58,601 bases of DNA from Thermoplasmatota archaeon (GCA_036626215.1 JAZKSG010000003.1:1-58601), one strand, 5' to 3'. Shown: positions 1-9,615, counted from the stretch's first letter. Program-made: numbers and translations. The notes: generated from the sequence alone by a model not told the origin.

Positions 1-39
1 TTACTCTCCTCCACCTTCCGTAAACACTCATCACCATCA
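1..39. repeat. 39-nt exact direct repeat, copy 1 (copy 2 at 391-429)
   Basis: ttactctcctccaccttccgtaaacactcatcaccatca occurs at 1-39 and 391-429. Confidence 0.95.
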
Positions 40-134
40 ACAGCTGTTACAACATTATATCCATTTACTTCTAGCACCATTTTTACGCTTTCCCTTATAT
101 CAGGGTCATCATCCACCACTAAGACAGTTTTCAT
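1..134 (-). CDS. Response regulator receiver domain protein (partial, runs off the window edge; not in ORF track)
   Basis: Manual translation MKTVLVVDDDPDIRESVKMVLEVNGYNVVTAVDGDECLRKVEES; GGAGG SD at 141-145 on minus strand; paralog of 174..533. Confidence 0.85.
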   Translation of the reverse strand, partial: MKTVLVVDDDPDIRESVKMVLEVNGYNVVTAVDGDECLRKVEES

Positions 135-173
135 TTTATACCTCCACAAGATCTAAAAAATTTTTTGGTTTTT

Positions 174-533
174 TTATCCTACATGGAGTTTTACTCTGGA
201 GAGTAGATCTCCTACATTGAATGGTTTCTGAAAGAAATCCACTACATTTTCATGTGTCGTTAATCCTTGTTTTCTTGCCTCTGAAATCCTGACTACGCTC
301 ATGAAAGCTATTTTGATATCTTTAATCTGGTCAATAATTTCAGAGACAGGAGTACCCGGCATCATAATATCCAACAAAACCAAATCAGGGTTACTCTCCT
401 CCACCTTCCGTAAACACTCATCACCATCAGAGGCAGTTATAACGTTATAACCTCTTGGTTCTAATATCATTTTTACGGTTTCTCGTATGTCTTCTTCGTC
501 ATCAACCACGAGAATAGTTTTCGTTTTTTCCAC
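174..533 (-). CDS. Stand-alone CheY-like response regulator receiver protein
   Basis: ILVVDDE, LLDIMMPG (phospho-Asp) and FQKPF motifs; no output domain. Confidence 0.92.
   Translation of the reverse strand: MEKTKTILVVDDEEDIRETVKMILEPRGYNVITASDGDECLRKVEESNPDLVLLDIMMPGTPVSEIIDQIKDIKIAFMSVVRISEARKQGLTTHENVVDFFQKPFNVGDLLSRVKLHVG
391..429. repeat. 39-nt exact direct repeat, copy 2
   Basis: Identical to 1-39. Confidence 0.95.
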
Positions 534-692
534 CTTCCGTTCCTTTTTAAGTTAAAGAATATTTGTTTTTGGTATAAAGTTTTGGTTTTTTACAATTTTA
601 TGCAAGTGGTTTTCAGGAGTTGTTTGTCTTTTTGACTTTTTGGTTTTTTGTCAGGTAAACTTTATATACAATTCGTGTCAGAAGTTAACACG

Positions 693-1205
693 ATGCGTGG
701 AAGGTTCCGGGTGGATGGAAAAAGTTTAACAAAAAAACAAAAAAAAGCTATACAGACAGCAATTTTCTTCATAATCATAACTCTACCATTCCTAAACATA
801 ACACAAACACTATCTATAGACACATTTATAGATTCCTTTGAAAACCCTGAAGAATATATATGTCTACATAACACCAACCTCATAAAATCCACAAAAGAAA
901 AGGAAAACTATTTAATAATCGAAAAAGCAACCAACTCTAACTTCCAGATAAAAAAACATGACCAAATAATATACCTAAAAGACAGCGGGGAAATAGCCTG
1001 CAGCCGAGTTTTACATGCCTCCAAAATAAACAACGTAAAAAGATACTACATAACAAACGACCAAAAAACCCAGATACAAACCGTCTACAGAAGTCAGATC
1101 GTAGGAAAAATCATAAAAAACATGGATGACAACCTCTGGAACACCATATCTATAAACATATGGGATATCTCCATCCATAATCTAAACATAAATAAAATAA
1201 GGTAA
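693..1205 (+). CDS. Membrane-anchored hypothetical protein with degenerate S26/Sec11 signal-peptidase-like domain
   Basis: N-terminal TM (AIFFIIITLPFL); pattern DQIIY..SRVL..YIT..QIVGKI resembles Sec11 boxes; TTTATATA at 661-668; start uncertain (648/693/711). Confidence 0.55.
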   Translation: MRGRFRVDGKSLTKKQKKAIQTAIFFIIITLPFLNITQTLSIDTFIDSFENPEEYICLHNTNLIKSTKEKENYLIIEKATNSNFQIKKHDQIIYLKDSGEIACSRVLHASKINNVKRYYITNDQKTQIQTVYRSQIVGKIIKNMDDNLWNTISINIWDISIHNLNINKIR

Positions 1206-1211
1206 AAAAAA

Positions 1212-1258
1212 AGAGAAAAAGAGAGATAAAAAAAAGCCATCTATCTCTTTTTTTTCTC
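1212..1258. terminator. Inverted repeat / bidirectional terminator between convergent genes
   Basis: gagaaaaagagagata ... tatctctttttttttctc with flanking A and T tracts. Confidence 0.5.
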
Positions 1259-1272
1259 AACAAAAAAGCTTG

Positions 1273-2832
1273 TTATTTTTCGATAAGTTTATCATCAACA
1301 TTTTCGGATAATCCACATGCATCAATCAGTTTTTGTAGATTTTCATGGTATTCCTCTGGTTTAGACTCTAAAAGTTTTTCAGCAAAATCCTTCAGAAAAA
1401 CACCTAACTCAACTTCCACCTCTGAAAACTTCCATTTTTTATCTTTGGCTTTGCCGAAAGCCAATAAGAAACCATACGCTATAGATCTACCTTTAACATC
1501 AGCAGGATTCTCCTTAACAACATTCAAAGCTTTTTCTTTACCTAAAGTTTTGTAAGTCCTAGCAATCTTATCAACAAAACTAGCATATTTTGGTAACAAC
1601 TGATATTTAGGCAGCCTAGAAAGAATTTTTTTCTGTTCACGATAGCTGTAAACCGTCTCCAATATTTTTGATGGAGGGTCTCTAAGCTGTAAAAATTTTT
1701 CAGCTACATCTTCATCATCAACTACTTCCCGTATAAGCTCTGAACCATAATCCTCCCAAAATTTTTCTAAAACAGTGTTAGGAGTAGCATCATTTACTAT
1801 CACAGGCTGATTGGTTCGTTCTAAAATAAACTGAAGACCTTTCCTCTCATATTGGTTAGGATTCAACGCGTCGATAAAAGCCTCAACATCATCCCCATAG
1901 AATTCATCATCAAGTACAAAGATTTGTTCATCTGAATCCATCAGCTTTTTGACTCTTTCCTGCATGTTTTTATCGATTATCTCATAGTCGCTCAGCTTAC
2001 CTGAGATATATTGATCTATAAACTCTGTCTCGTGTTCCATCTGTTCAACATCGTCTTTAACGATGGAACCAACTACATTTATCTGAAAATCTTTTGAGAT
2101 ATCTGGCTCAACAAGATATTTACTGATTTCGTATACAATGTTTTGTTTTTCTTTTTGAGCACATTTTTCACATACAGCCAATGTTTGATCTCCAGATTTC
2201 CAATGTATTTTTAGGAAGTTGAAATCAGATTTTTTGTTATTTTTTATTTGATCTAAAGATAGATGTTTACATCCTGCGACATGATCATTTTTCTTAGCAA
2301 CACCTATATGATCTATCAAAAAATCTATGAATTCTTTTGGAGGGTTAGCTTCTCTCCCAGTTGATACAAAACCTTGACTCCAAGAGTAGACATGTAGCTT
2401 TTTTTTCAAAACAAGATCTTTAATTCCAAGTAATCTTAGAACAGGACTGTCAAAATGTTGAACCGCGATAAGATCTTCTTTATCTGCACGCCCCCGTTTA
2501 GCATAGGTTATTTCGCCGTCAGGTAGTTTAGCCACTGCTAGATACGGAGCTTTTTCTGAATGAGCTATAGTTATGGTTCCCGCCACCGCTCCAGAAATAT
2601 CTCTTTTTTTAGACAGTTTCTCCAGTTTTTCTGGATTGTCGATATAATCCTCTACTTTACTGATTTTTTTCTTTGGTTTCTTAAAATATTTTTTAGAGTA
2701 TTTATCATCATATTCTGGTAGAACAAGGTAGGGGTTCTCTTTGATCTGTTTAGCATTCTCTATAATATGTTTCTCCATTGATTTAGACGCAGTTCTTGCA
2801 AAAGTCCGAGCTCTTCTAACTTTTTTAACCAT
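1273..2832 (-). CDS. Hypothetical soluble protein, 519 aa
   Basis: Long ORF with typical codon usage; GCKH and CEKC cysteines; no recognised catalytic motif. Confidence 0.8.
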   Translation of the reverse strand: MVKKVRRARTFARTASKSMEKHIIENAKQIKENPYLVLPEYDDKYSKKYFKKPKKKISKVEDYIDNPEKLEKLSKKRDISGAVAGTITIAHSEKAPYLAVAKLPDGEITYAKRGRADKEDLIAVQHFDSPVLRLLGIKDLVLKKKLHVYSWSQGFVSTGREANPPKEFIDFLIDHIGVAKKNDHVAGCKHLSLDQIKNNKKSDFNFLKIHWKSGDQTLAVCEKCAQKEKQNIVYEISKYLVEPDISKDFQINVVGSIVKDDVEQMEHETEFIDQYISGKLSDYEIIDKNMQERVKKLMDSDEQIFVLDDEFYGDDVEAFIDALNPNQYERKGLQFILERTNQPVIVNDATPNTVLEKFWEDYGSELIREVVDDEDVAEKFLQLRDPPSKILETVYSYREQKKILSRLPKYQLLPKYASFVDKIARTYKTLGKEKALNVVKENPADVKGRSIAYGFLLAFGKAKDKKWKFSEVEVELGVFLKDFAEKLLESKPEEYHENLQKLIDACGLSENVDDKLIEK

Positions 2833-2961
2833 TTTTGCTTAATTTAGGATGTAATACACAACTGTTAAAGAAAGTTATGCCTCAACATTTGTTTAAACAA
2901 AGAATTATTTTTATAAGCTAGATCTAATTTCATATTTAACGAGGAGGAAAATAGATAATTT

Positions 2962-3534
2962 ATGGATACCAATAACTGTATTGCAAGGCGACGTAGTATA
3001 AGACGTTTCAAAAATAGACCTATAGAGATAGATAAGCTCAAGAAGATGGTAGAAGCTGCTCGTTTAGCTCCCTCAGCTGCTAATCTTCAGCCACTCCGTT
3101 ATTGTATAGTACATAAAAAGGAGTTATGCAGGCAGATTTTTGAGACTTTGAGATGGGCAGGTTATCTAAAAGACTGGTCTCCAAGTAAAGATGAGCAGCC
3201 AACAGCCTATATAGTCATATTGGTGGCAGATACCGATAATAAATGGTATAGCTATGATGTGGGTTTAGCTGCAGAAAACATCATGCTTTCCGCTGAAAAC
3301 ATAGATATAGGTAGTTGTATTCTTGGAAGCGTCGACCGAGAAAAAGTTAAAAAAATTTTAGATGTACCAGATAGATATAAAATTGATTCAGTGATTGCTT
3401 TGGGTTATAAAGATGAAGAATGCATGGTTGAAGACATGGAAGATAACTCAGTAGAATACTGGCGTGACGAAGAAGATATTTTACATGTACCAAAGAGAAA
3501 ACTATCTGACATAATGTTTATCGATGAATTCTAA
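2962..3534 (+). CDS. Nitroreductase family protein
   Basis: RRSIRRF, ARLAPSAANLQP, GSC..G and IALGY motifs; GGAGG SD. Confidence 0.92.
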   Translation: MDTNNCIARRRSIRRFKNRPIEIDKLKKMVEAARLAPSAANLQPLRYCIVHKKELCRQIFETLRWAGYLKDWSPSKDEQPTAYIVILVADTDNKWYSYDVGLAAENIMLSAENIDIGSCILGSVDREKVKKILDVPDRYKIDSVIALGYKDEECMVEDMEDNSVEYWRDEEDILHVPKRKLSDIMFIDEF

Positions 3535-4154
3535 TAAAAATATTTTTTTCTTATAAAAGCTACAGCTATTAGAAGCATAATAAGAGCCATCCATTCAACC
3601 ATAGAGGTTTCTCTAACCCGGTCTTTGTTTTGACCATAAGAAGTTGAGGTTTGACTCCAAGTTTCGTTTTGAATATATAAGTTAACAACGGTGAAAGATA
3701 TATACCTGTTGTCATCAACATTTTTGTCGAATTGAGCGTAGATATTTAAAGGAGCATAGGCGTTATACCAACTACTATTGGGTTTAACTCTAAACTTCAA
3801 GATATATGTTTTTTCTTCGTTTTTCTGTACATCTAATATATCATAGTAACGATAAAATGCTTCTTCCCCTTGCAAAAGCTGATATGAGGAATCCTCAGAG
3901 GAAGACTCACCGGTCTCCCATAGACGAATACTAACAGATAAAAGATTAAAAGCAGGTTTAACTGTCGCTTTTACGTAGAATGATTCGCCAAGCTGTATAG
4001 TTTCATTGTGAACAGTGGCTTTAACCCATTTCTGTCTATCTTTACTATACCATACATCTAACGAACCATATCCACAATCTCCAGCATGACTCAAAGGCAT
4101 ATGAATAAGAAATACAATCAAAAAAATGGTTGTAACGAATAACAGTTTTTTCAT
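3531..4154 (-). CDS. Secreted, C-terminally anchored surface protein, sarcinarray (MAST-domain)-like
   Basis: Sec signal peptide; mature start CGYGSLDVWY..ATV.NETIQLGESFYVK recalls the sarcinarray family; C-terminal TM followed by RKK. Confidence 0.6.
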   Translation of the reverse strand: MKKLLFVTTIFLIVFLIHMPLSHAGDCGYGSLDVWYSKDRQKWVKATVHNETIQLGESFYVKATVKPAFNLLSVSIRLWETGESSSEDSSYQLLQGEEAFYRYYDILDVQKNEEKTYILKFRVKPNSSWYNAYAPLNIYAQFDKNVDDNRYISFTVVNLYIQNETWSQTSTSYGQNKDRVRETSMVEWMALIMLLIAVAFIRKKYFY

Positions 4155-4185
4155 ATAGTATCACAGCTCTCTGATAACCAAGTAT

Positions 4186-6975
4186 TTAACTCATACCCTC
4201 TGTTTTTTCCTCTATACCTCCTTCTGTATCTCCCACCATACAGCCCCATGCTGGAACCACAGACACCGCAACTGTAGTATAGTCAAAGTTTATCCGAGTG
4301 TTTTCCCCTATTGTTTCACCAGCTATATTTTTGATAGCTTCATGTCTCCTAACATAAACCTGAGGCATATGGCCTTCTCGTGGTGAAAAATGAGGTTCAT
4401 TAGAAGTGTCTTCAACTCGAAATTCTTTGTACTCCCCTTTAACCTCTATAACCCATAAGTTAAAAGTTACCACCCAGGGGGTAGCGGGAGTAGGCGGCAA
4501 CAATGGTATACCAGATGGACCTAGCACACAAGTGTTTTTTATTTTTAGAGGATAAAAAGTTTCATCTTCGATTTTATTTTCCTCTTCAGAAACAGTAATC
4601 TCTGCAGATGGATCCAAATAATTGGGTTTTTGATTCACTAATATCTTTATTTCTTCGTTCCATTCTCCTTTTATAGACATATCATAGCCCAATGGGATAG
4701 ACAACTCTTTTTTGAAATTGTTTACAACGTTGTCATCTAAAGCCTGTTTTACATCACCAGAATCTATGTTGTAGTTATTAAGCGCGTTGTCGATTTCATC
4801 TTCTATCTTATTGTTACATCTGCTAAAATACTTCTCTATATCTTCCTCAATTTTTTCTATATACCATTTTTTAGCTTGATAAACACTTTTTGCACCTGCT
4901 GAAAGAAAAAAACCAAATTGGAAATACTCATCTTTTTTCAACAAATCTTCTTTTCGACTTTGTAGTTTATCTAACAAATCCGTTTTAGCGGCATTCATCA
5001 ACGCTATAGGATCTGGATAGTTCGCCGAGTTTATAGATTCATCTTGCTTTATTTTTTTAACCTCTGTCAGCAGCTCTTCTAACTCATACCAGATTTTTTT
5101 ATCTAAAAAGCTATGTTCACCTACAATTTTTTTAGAGAACACTTCTCCCTCCCCATTTCTAACCCATTTCCTTATGTTTTCACTTTTAAAACATATTGTT
5201 TTGTATCGGTCAACTGTATCCATCAGGTTTAAATCTAAACCAAAAAACGTTTTTTTGTAAAAAACATCCATTATGTCATTTTTTGTTCCATCTATCTCAG
5301 AGTAACTTTTCAGAATCATGTCTATAGAAACATATTCTGTTTTACTATCTCTACATGTGTATTCAACCCAAGTAACGTTACCATTTTCATCAACGCTTTT
5401 ATTACTCCAAAAATGGTCTCTCCCATATTTTAACAGATATTTTTCACTATACATTACTGAACCAGGAGCTATGTTGCCTTTAGCCGGTTTACGCTGGGTT
5501 TCTATTAAACGATGACTTTTGAACCTCCAGTTAGAGGAGCCATTATTTATAGGATAGCCCTCATGACCACCAAGTTCAACATTGTCTTTTTCCCTATCCA
5601 CAACAGTTTTAAAATCCGCAGTATAAACCGACGATAAAATTTCCTCTATTTTTTGTACTGTATCTTCGTTATCAACCATTTCAAGTTTTTTTGTATCTAC
5701 ATGTTGATATCCTTTTTTTCTTTTATCTTCAACAACATTTTGTATATCTCTTTCTGAAGGCGACTCTAATATTTCGTTTATTTCTCTGTTGTTTTTCTCA
5801 AAAAATAGTTTGACACTCACCGTGTCATACAGTATCGATTCAGCTATCTCCGAAATATCTATTTTAGGGTTACGATAAAGATGAGGTTTATCTTCATCAG
5901 GAGAAGAAGCAACTGAGGAAAATTGTTCAGATGTAATAGTATAATAGTCTTCACCCTTCTCAATATTTTCTTCTATTTTATCTACAACTTTTTCTATCTC
6001 TGCAGCTTTAGATTCATCACCTCCAACTTTAGACGCAGTAGTGACAGTGAAATCAGCAAGAGCCCAAGGATCTACACTACCAAAAACAAAACCCTGCTGA
6101 AGTAACAACCCTCCGTTAACTATAGATTCAAGATGTTCGTTGTCTACCACGTTACCAGGGTCATATTCACTATAATGTTGGTACCCCCTTGCAAGCGAAT
6201 AGATATTAGAAAGAGCTGTGGTAACAGTCCAAAGCGAACAAGGAGTTCCATCAATCTCATCTTGATATTCCTCAACCAAGTTTTCCAAAAGATTGTATCT
6301 GGAAGTTACAATGGTCTCAATATATAACTCTCTAGTATCAACGACTTTAGAGTTTTCTCCGCCGATTTTTTTGATTTCCACAGGCACTAGAAGATCTGCA
6401 ATACAGTAAACCGGATGACTCCTTTTTTTATCTGGACCCATGATTTCGACGGTAAACAGACGATTCAGCTGCATTTTTATAAGCTCAACATCAATTTCAT
6501 CTCTTGAACCGATAGGGTTGGTTTCACCAGAAGAGACAACATTTATCGCATAATCTCCATTGTTAAAAACATCGTTGCTAAAACAAGTTTTTAGATAGTT
6601 ATTCATCTCTTTCTGTATAATTGTTTTAACACGGTTCATGTTTATTTCAACGGCAGAGTCTCCGTAATCATGTTTATCAGTGTTAGCAGGGGTTATAACT
6701 GGTTTTTCGCCAAGGGTTTTAAGAGCTTTTAGAGCTGCTATGTTTAACGCGTTAGCCAAATCTGCCTCCGCTCGATTTATCAAGTTTTCAACTTTGTTTA
6801 AATCCATATTTTGAGTTATCTGAAGGGATCTATCAGCCTCTAATTTAGATACGTATACCGCCGTGAAACTGCTACCCAATATCAAAAAAACGCCGATGAC
6901 AGAAAAAGGTATACGAGCTTTATCGTCTTTTAAAAAACTTCTAAGTTTTGATTTCAAAAAAATTAATCCCTCCAT
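4186..6975 (-). CDS. Large (929 aa) protein with pilin-like N-terminus (class III signal-like)
   Basis: FLKDDKA|RIPFSVIGVFLILGSS hydrophobic N-terminus followed by a long predicted extracellular region. Confidence 0.65.
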   Translation of the reverse strand: MEGLIFLKSKLRSFLKDDKARIPFSVIGVFLILGSSFTAVYVSKLEADRSLQITQNMDLNKVENLINRAEADLANALNIAALKALKTLGEKPVITPANTDKHDYGDSAVEINMNRVKTIIQKEMNNYLKTCFSNDVFNNGDYAINVVSSGETNPIGSRDEIDVELIKMQLNRLFTVEIMGPDKKRSHPVYCIADLLVPVEIKKIGGENSKVVDTRELYIETIVTSRYNLLENLVEEYQDEIDGTPCSLWTVTTALSNIYSLARGYQHYSEYDPGNVVDNEHLESIVNGGLLLQQGFVFGSVDPWALADFTVTTASKVGGDESKAAEIEKVVDKIEENIEKGEDYYTITSEQFSSVASSPDEDKPHLYRNPKIDISEIAESILYDTVSVKLFFEKNNREINEILESPSERDIQNVVEDKRKKGYQHVDTKKLEMVDNEDTVQKIEEILSSVYTADFKTVVDREKDNVELGGHEGYPINNGSSNWRFKSHRLIETQRKPAKGNIAPGSVMYSEKYLLKYGRDHFWSNKSVDENGNVTWVEYTCRDSKTEYVSIDMILKSYSEIDGTKNDIMDVFYKKTFFGLDLNLMDTVDRYKTICFKSENIRKWVRNGEGEVFSKKIVGEHSFLDKKIWYELEELLTEVKKIKQDESINSANYPDPIALMNAAKTDLLDKLQSRKEDLLKKDEYFQFGFFLSAGAKSVYQAKKWYIEKIEEDIEKYFSRCNNKIEDEIDNALNNYNIDSGDVKQALDDNVVNNFKKELSIPLGYDMSIKGEWNEEIKILVNQKPNYLDPSAEITVSEEENKIEDETFYPLKIKNTCVLGPSGIPLLPPTPATPWVVTFNLWVIEVKGEYKEFRVEDTSNEPHFSPREGHMPQVYVRRHEAIKNIAGETIGENTRINFDYTTVAVSVVPAWGCMVGDTEGGIEEKTEGMS

Positions 6976-7691
6976 AACACAAGTCTCACCTTTGCACGTT
7001 GAATAGAAGGAAGATCCAAAGGTTCCGCTGACAGCATGATATATTTTTCAAAACTTTCAATGGAGTTATAAGGCATAACTATGTAGGTCTCCGACACAAA
7101 ACAATCATCAACTGGTGGATTTTCACCCAGCTGTATTTCCCCCAAAAGGATATCTTTAGGTTTCCATACAGCAGAAAATCTAAAACTGTATTTATCTGCA
7201 AGATAATAGTCTAAAGTGCTTTCTATTTGTTTTTCTAGTTTTTTTACAAAATCTTCCTGAGGTATCTGCAGACTAAGAACTAAAGAAAAGAGTTTTAACT
7301 TGACTAAGAGCTCCGGTAAAGAAAGTTTATGTATCTCTGAAAGTTCCCGAGCTTTTTCCTCAATTAATGTATCCTTATATTTAGGGTATTGGCCCGCTAG
7401 ATTCTCTGCTATATGCTGGGCCAGCGTTTTATGGAGCTGCTCTCTATTTTTCGATGTAATAAGCATTTTTTGATCATATTGGAACTCATCCATCCGGGTA
7501 GAAAGAACTGCGTTTAGAGTATCCTCAGCTATCTGTTTTCTTTTAACATCTAAAGAGGTGTTTAGAGGTACATTGTTTTGTAACGCTGGAAGCATAGCTA
7601 ATCCTGACAGAGAAACCATCACCATGAAAAGTGCTACATCATACATCAGGGAGATAGCAGAAGTGTTGTTCAAAAAATTTCTTTTTTTCAT
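6963..7691 (-). CDS. Pilin-like / TadE-like protein
   Basis: NFLNNTSA|ISLMYDVALFMVMVSL; ends in the beta strand VRLVLWR; overlaps the next gene. Confidence 0.6.
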   Translation of the reverse strand: MKKRNFLNNTSAISLMYDVALFMVMVSLSGLAMLPALQNNVPLNTSLDVKRKQIAEDTLNAVLSTRMDEFQYDQKMLITSKNREQLHKTLAQHIAENLAGQYPKYKDTLIEEKARELSEIHKLSLPELLVKLKLFSLVLSLQIPQEDFVKKLEKQIESTLDYYLADKYSFRFSAVWKPKDILLGEIQLGENPPVDDCFVSETYIVMPYNSIESFEKYIMLSAEPLDLPSIQRAKVRLVLWRD

Positions 7692-8183
7692 CTACCTCCT
7701 CCACGTTATTATAGTTATTTTCCCTGGTTTTGTATAAGCTGGATTTATATAGACTGCAGATGGTTTTGATACAGCTACTCTGTTTCCAGTTTCTAAATTA
7801 GAGATATCCTCAGTAGCAGGAAATGTTTCTATTTTGTCTTCATATGAGACTTTTATAATGAAGTCTACACCTTGAGATTGATATTGTTTTTTTAATTGGT
7901 TTAACTCGGTATCGCTTGTTTTTAGTAAAGGTAGATTTATTGTTTCTCCATTTTTTATGAAAAAACAGTCTGGATTGGTAAGCTTATTTAAGAGATGATT
8001 TGCCTGTTGGTATTTATCCATATTTTCAATGTTGTTATTATAATTGGTATATGTGTTTGCTATCAGTAGGATAAACACTGTGAACCCTATCATGACTACT
8101 GATAAAGCAGGTAGAGAAGTAAATTCTTCAGAAACCGCTCGTTCGTCTTCTAAAAAATTTCCCAAGGAGCTTTTATCTTTCAC
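7692..8183 (-). CDS. Pilin-like protein with class III signal peptide
   Basis: FLEDERA|VSE..LSVVMIGFTVFILLIA; ends GKITIITWR. Confidence 0.65.
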   Translation of the reverse strand: MKDKSSLGNFLEDERAVSEEFTSLPALSVVMIGFTVFILLIANTYTNYNNNIENMDKYQQANHLLNKLTNPDCFFIKNGETINLPLLKTSDTELNQLKKQYQSQGVDFIIKVSYEDKIETFPATEDISNLETGNRVAVSKPSAVYINPAYTKPGKITIITWRR

Positions 8184-8366
8184 CTTTTTTTGTTCCCCCG
8201 ATTCAAGAAAGTAAATAAGTTACAAAGAAAGATAATAGCTCAGCATATATTTATAATTAACTTTTTATTAGAATACTATTATGTAATAAAGAAAATCATA
8301 TTTCTGAAAAAGGTTTAAATTTTCAAATAAAAATGTTAAAAAATGTGAAGTTGATAGAACTATTCT

Positions 8367-8594
8367 TTACAGAAATTTAAAAGATGCTTCATGTTCATCT
8401 ACTCTTTTGGCACCGTATCTCAAAATAGTATTCTCTGTTTCTTTAACTTGTTGTGTTTTTAAACCTGTTCTTTTCAATATCAGTTCATCTTTTTCATTAT
8501 AAATTTTTACTATTCCTTTTTCTACACAGGTTATAGCTTTCATCGGCTTGCCGTTTTGTAACCAGATCCATATTCTTATTTTAGGCTTGCTCAT
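8367..8594 (-). CDS. Small hypothetical protein (75 aa)
   Basis: ORF with GAGGTG SD-like site upstream; no recognised family. Confidence 0.65.
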   Translation of the reverse strand: MSKPKIRIWIWLQNGKPMKAITCVEKGIVKIYNEKDELILKRTGLKTQQVKETENTILRYGAKRVDEHEASFKFL

Positions 8595-8876
8595 AACTAA
8601 GGAAGCACCTCAGATACACTATCTTCACTATTATTTTTATTTTTTTAACTATATAAATATTTCTGAACAACTCTTTCCCTATATATAAATATAAAGGAAG
8701 AAAAAACAAAAAAACACATTTTTTATATATTTAAAATATTAAAAAAGCCGGATATGAAGCATCCATTAATCCCAACAACTCCCTCCATAACAACATAATA
8801 TATATAAGAGTGTGACACTATACGAGAAATAACAAAATAGCAAAATAAATAACATAGATGGGATGGTTAATCTAAA

Positions 8877-9596
8877 ATGGAGAGATTAAAAACCGGCATA
8901 GACGGATTAGATAACATAATAGATGGAGGAGTACCAAAAAATTCTATAACTTTGGTATCTGGCCCACCAGGCGGAGGAAAAAGCATTTTTTGTTTCCAAT
9001 TTCTCTATGAAGGAGCAAAAAACGGAGAGAAAGGATTATTTTTGACTCTTGACAAAAAAATAGAAGGACTTCTAACTCAAGCCGAAGAACTAGATCTAGA
9101 TTTCAAACCCTTTATTGATAAAGGAAATGTTAAATTCCGTTTTTTAAACATTAACCAAAAACTTGTCTATGAAAGCATGACCAACGAAATATTGTCTGGA
9201 GAATACGACAGGATAGTTCTTGACTCTATAACACCTCTATCAGAGATGCCAATCTATCTAAGAAAAATGGAGAGTCATGACGACATCAACATTATAAACT
9301 CAGAGGATTTCCCCTCAGATAAAAAACTCCCTACAAAAAGACTTCATCTAAGATACATCATGAACGCTCTAGAAACATCAAAATCCACTTCCATAGTAAC
9401 CTCAGAGCTACCCTACGGATCAACCCAACTCTCCAGAGATGGAGTATCAGAGTTTCTTGCAGACGGAGTAATAACATTAAGCCTAGATCCAACGATGAAC
9501 CGCAGAAAACTTTCTGTGTTCAAGATGAGAAACACTAAACACACCCTTAAACCACAAGAAATGAAGATAGACCAGGGCGGAATAAAAATAGTATAA
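8877..9596 (+). CDS. KaiC/RAD55-like single-domain ATPase
   Basis: RLKTGIDGLD, Walker A GPPGGGKS, Walker B RIVLDS, ADGVI, KMRNT. Confidence 0.9.
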   Translation: MERLKTGIDGLDNIIDGGVPKNSITLVSGPPGGGKSIFCFQFLYEGAKNGEKGLFLTLDKKIEGLLTQAEELDLDFKPFIDKGNVKFRFLNINQKLVYESMTNEILSGEYDRIVLDSITPLSEMPIYLRKMESHDDINIINSEDFPSDKKLPTKRLHLRYIMNALETSKSTSIVTSELPYGSTQLSRDGVSEFLADGVITLSLDPTMNRRKLSVFKMRNTKHTLKPQEMKIDQGGIKIV

Positions 9597-9615
9597 AAAG
9601 AAAGCGAACGAAGAG

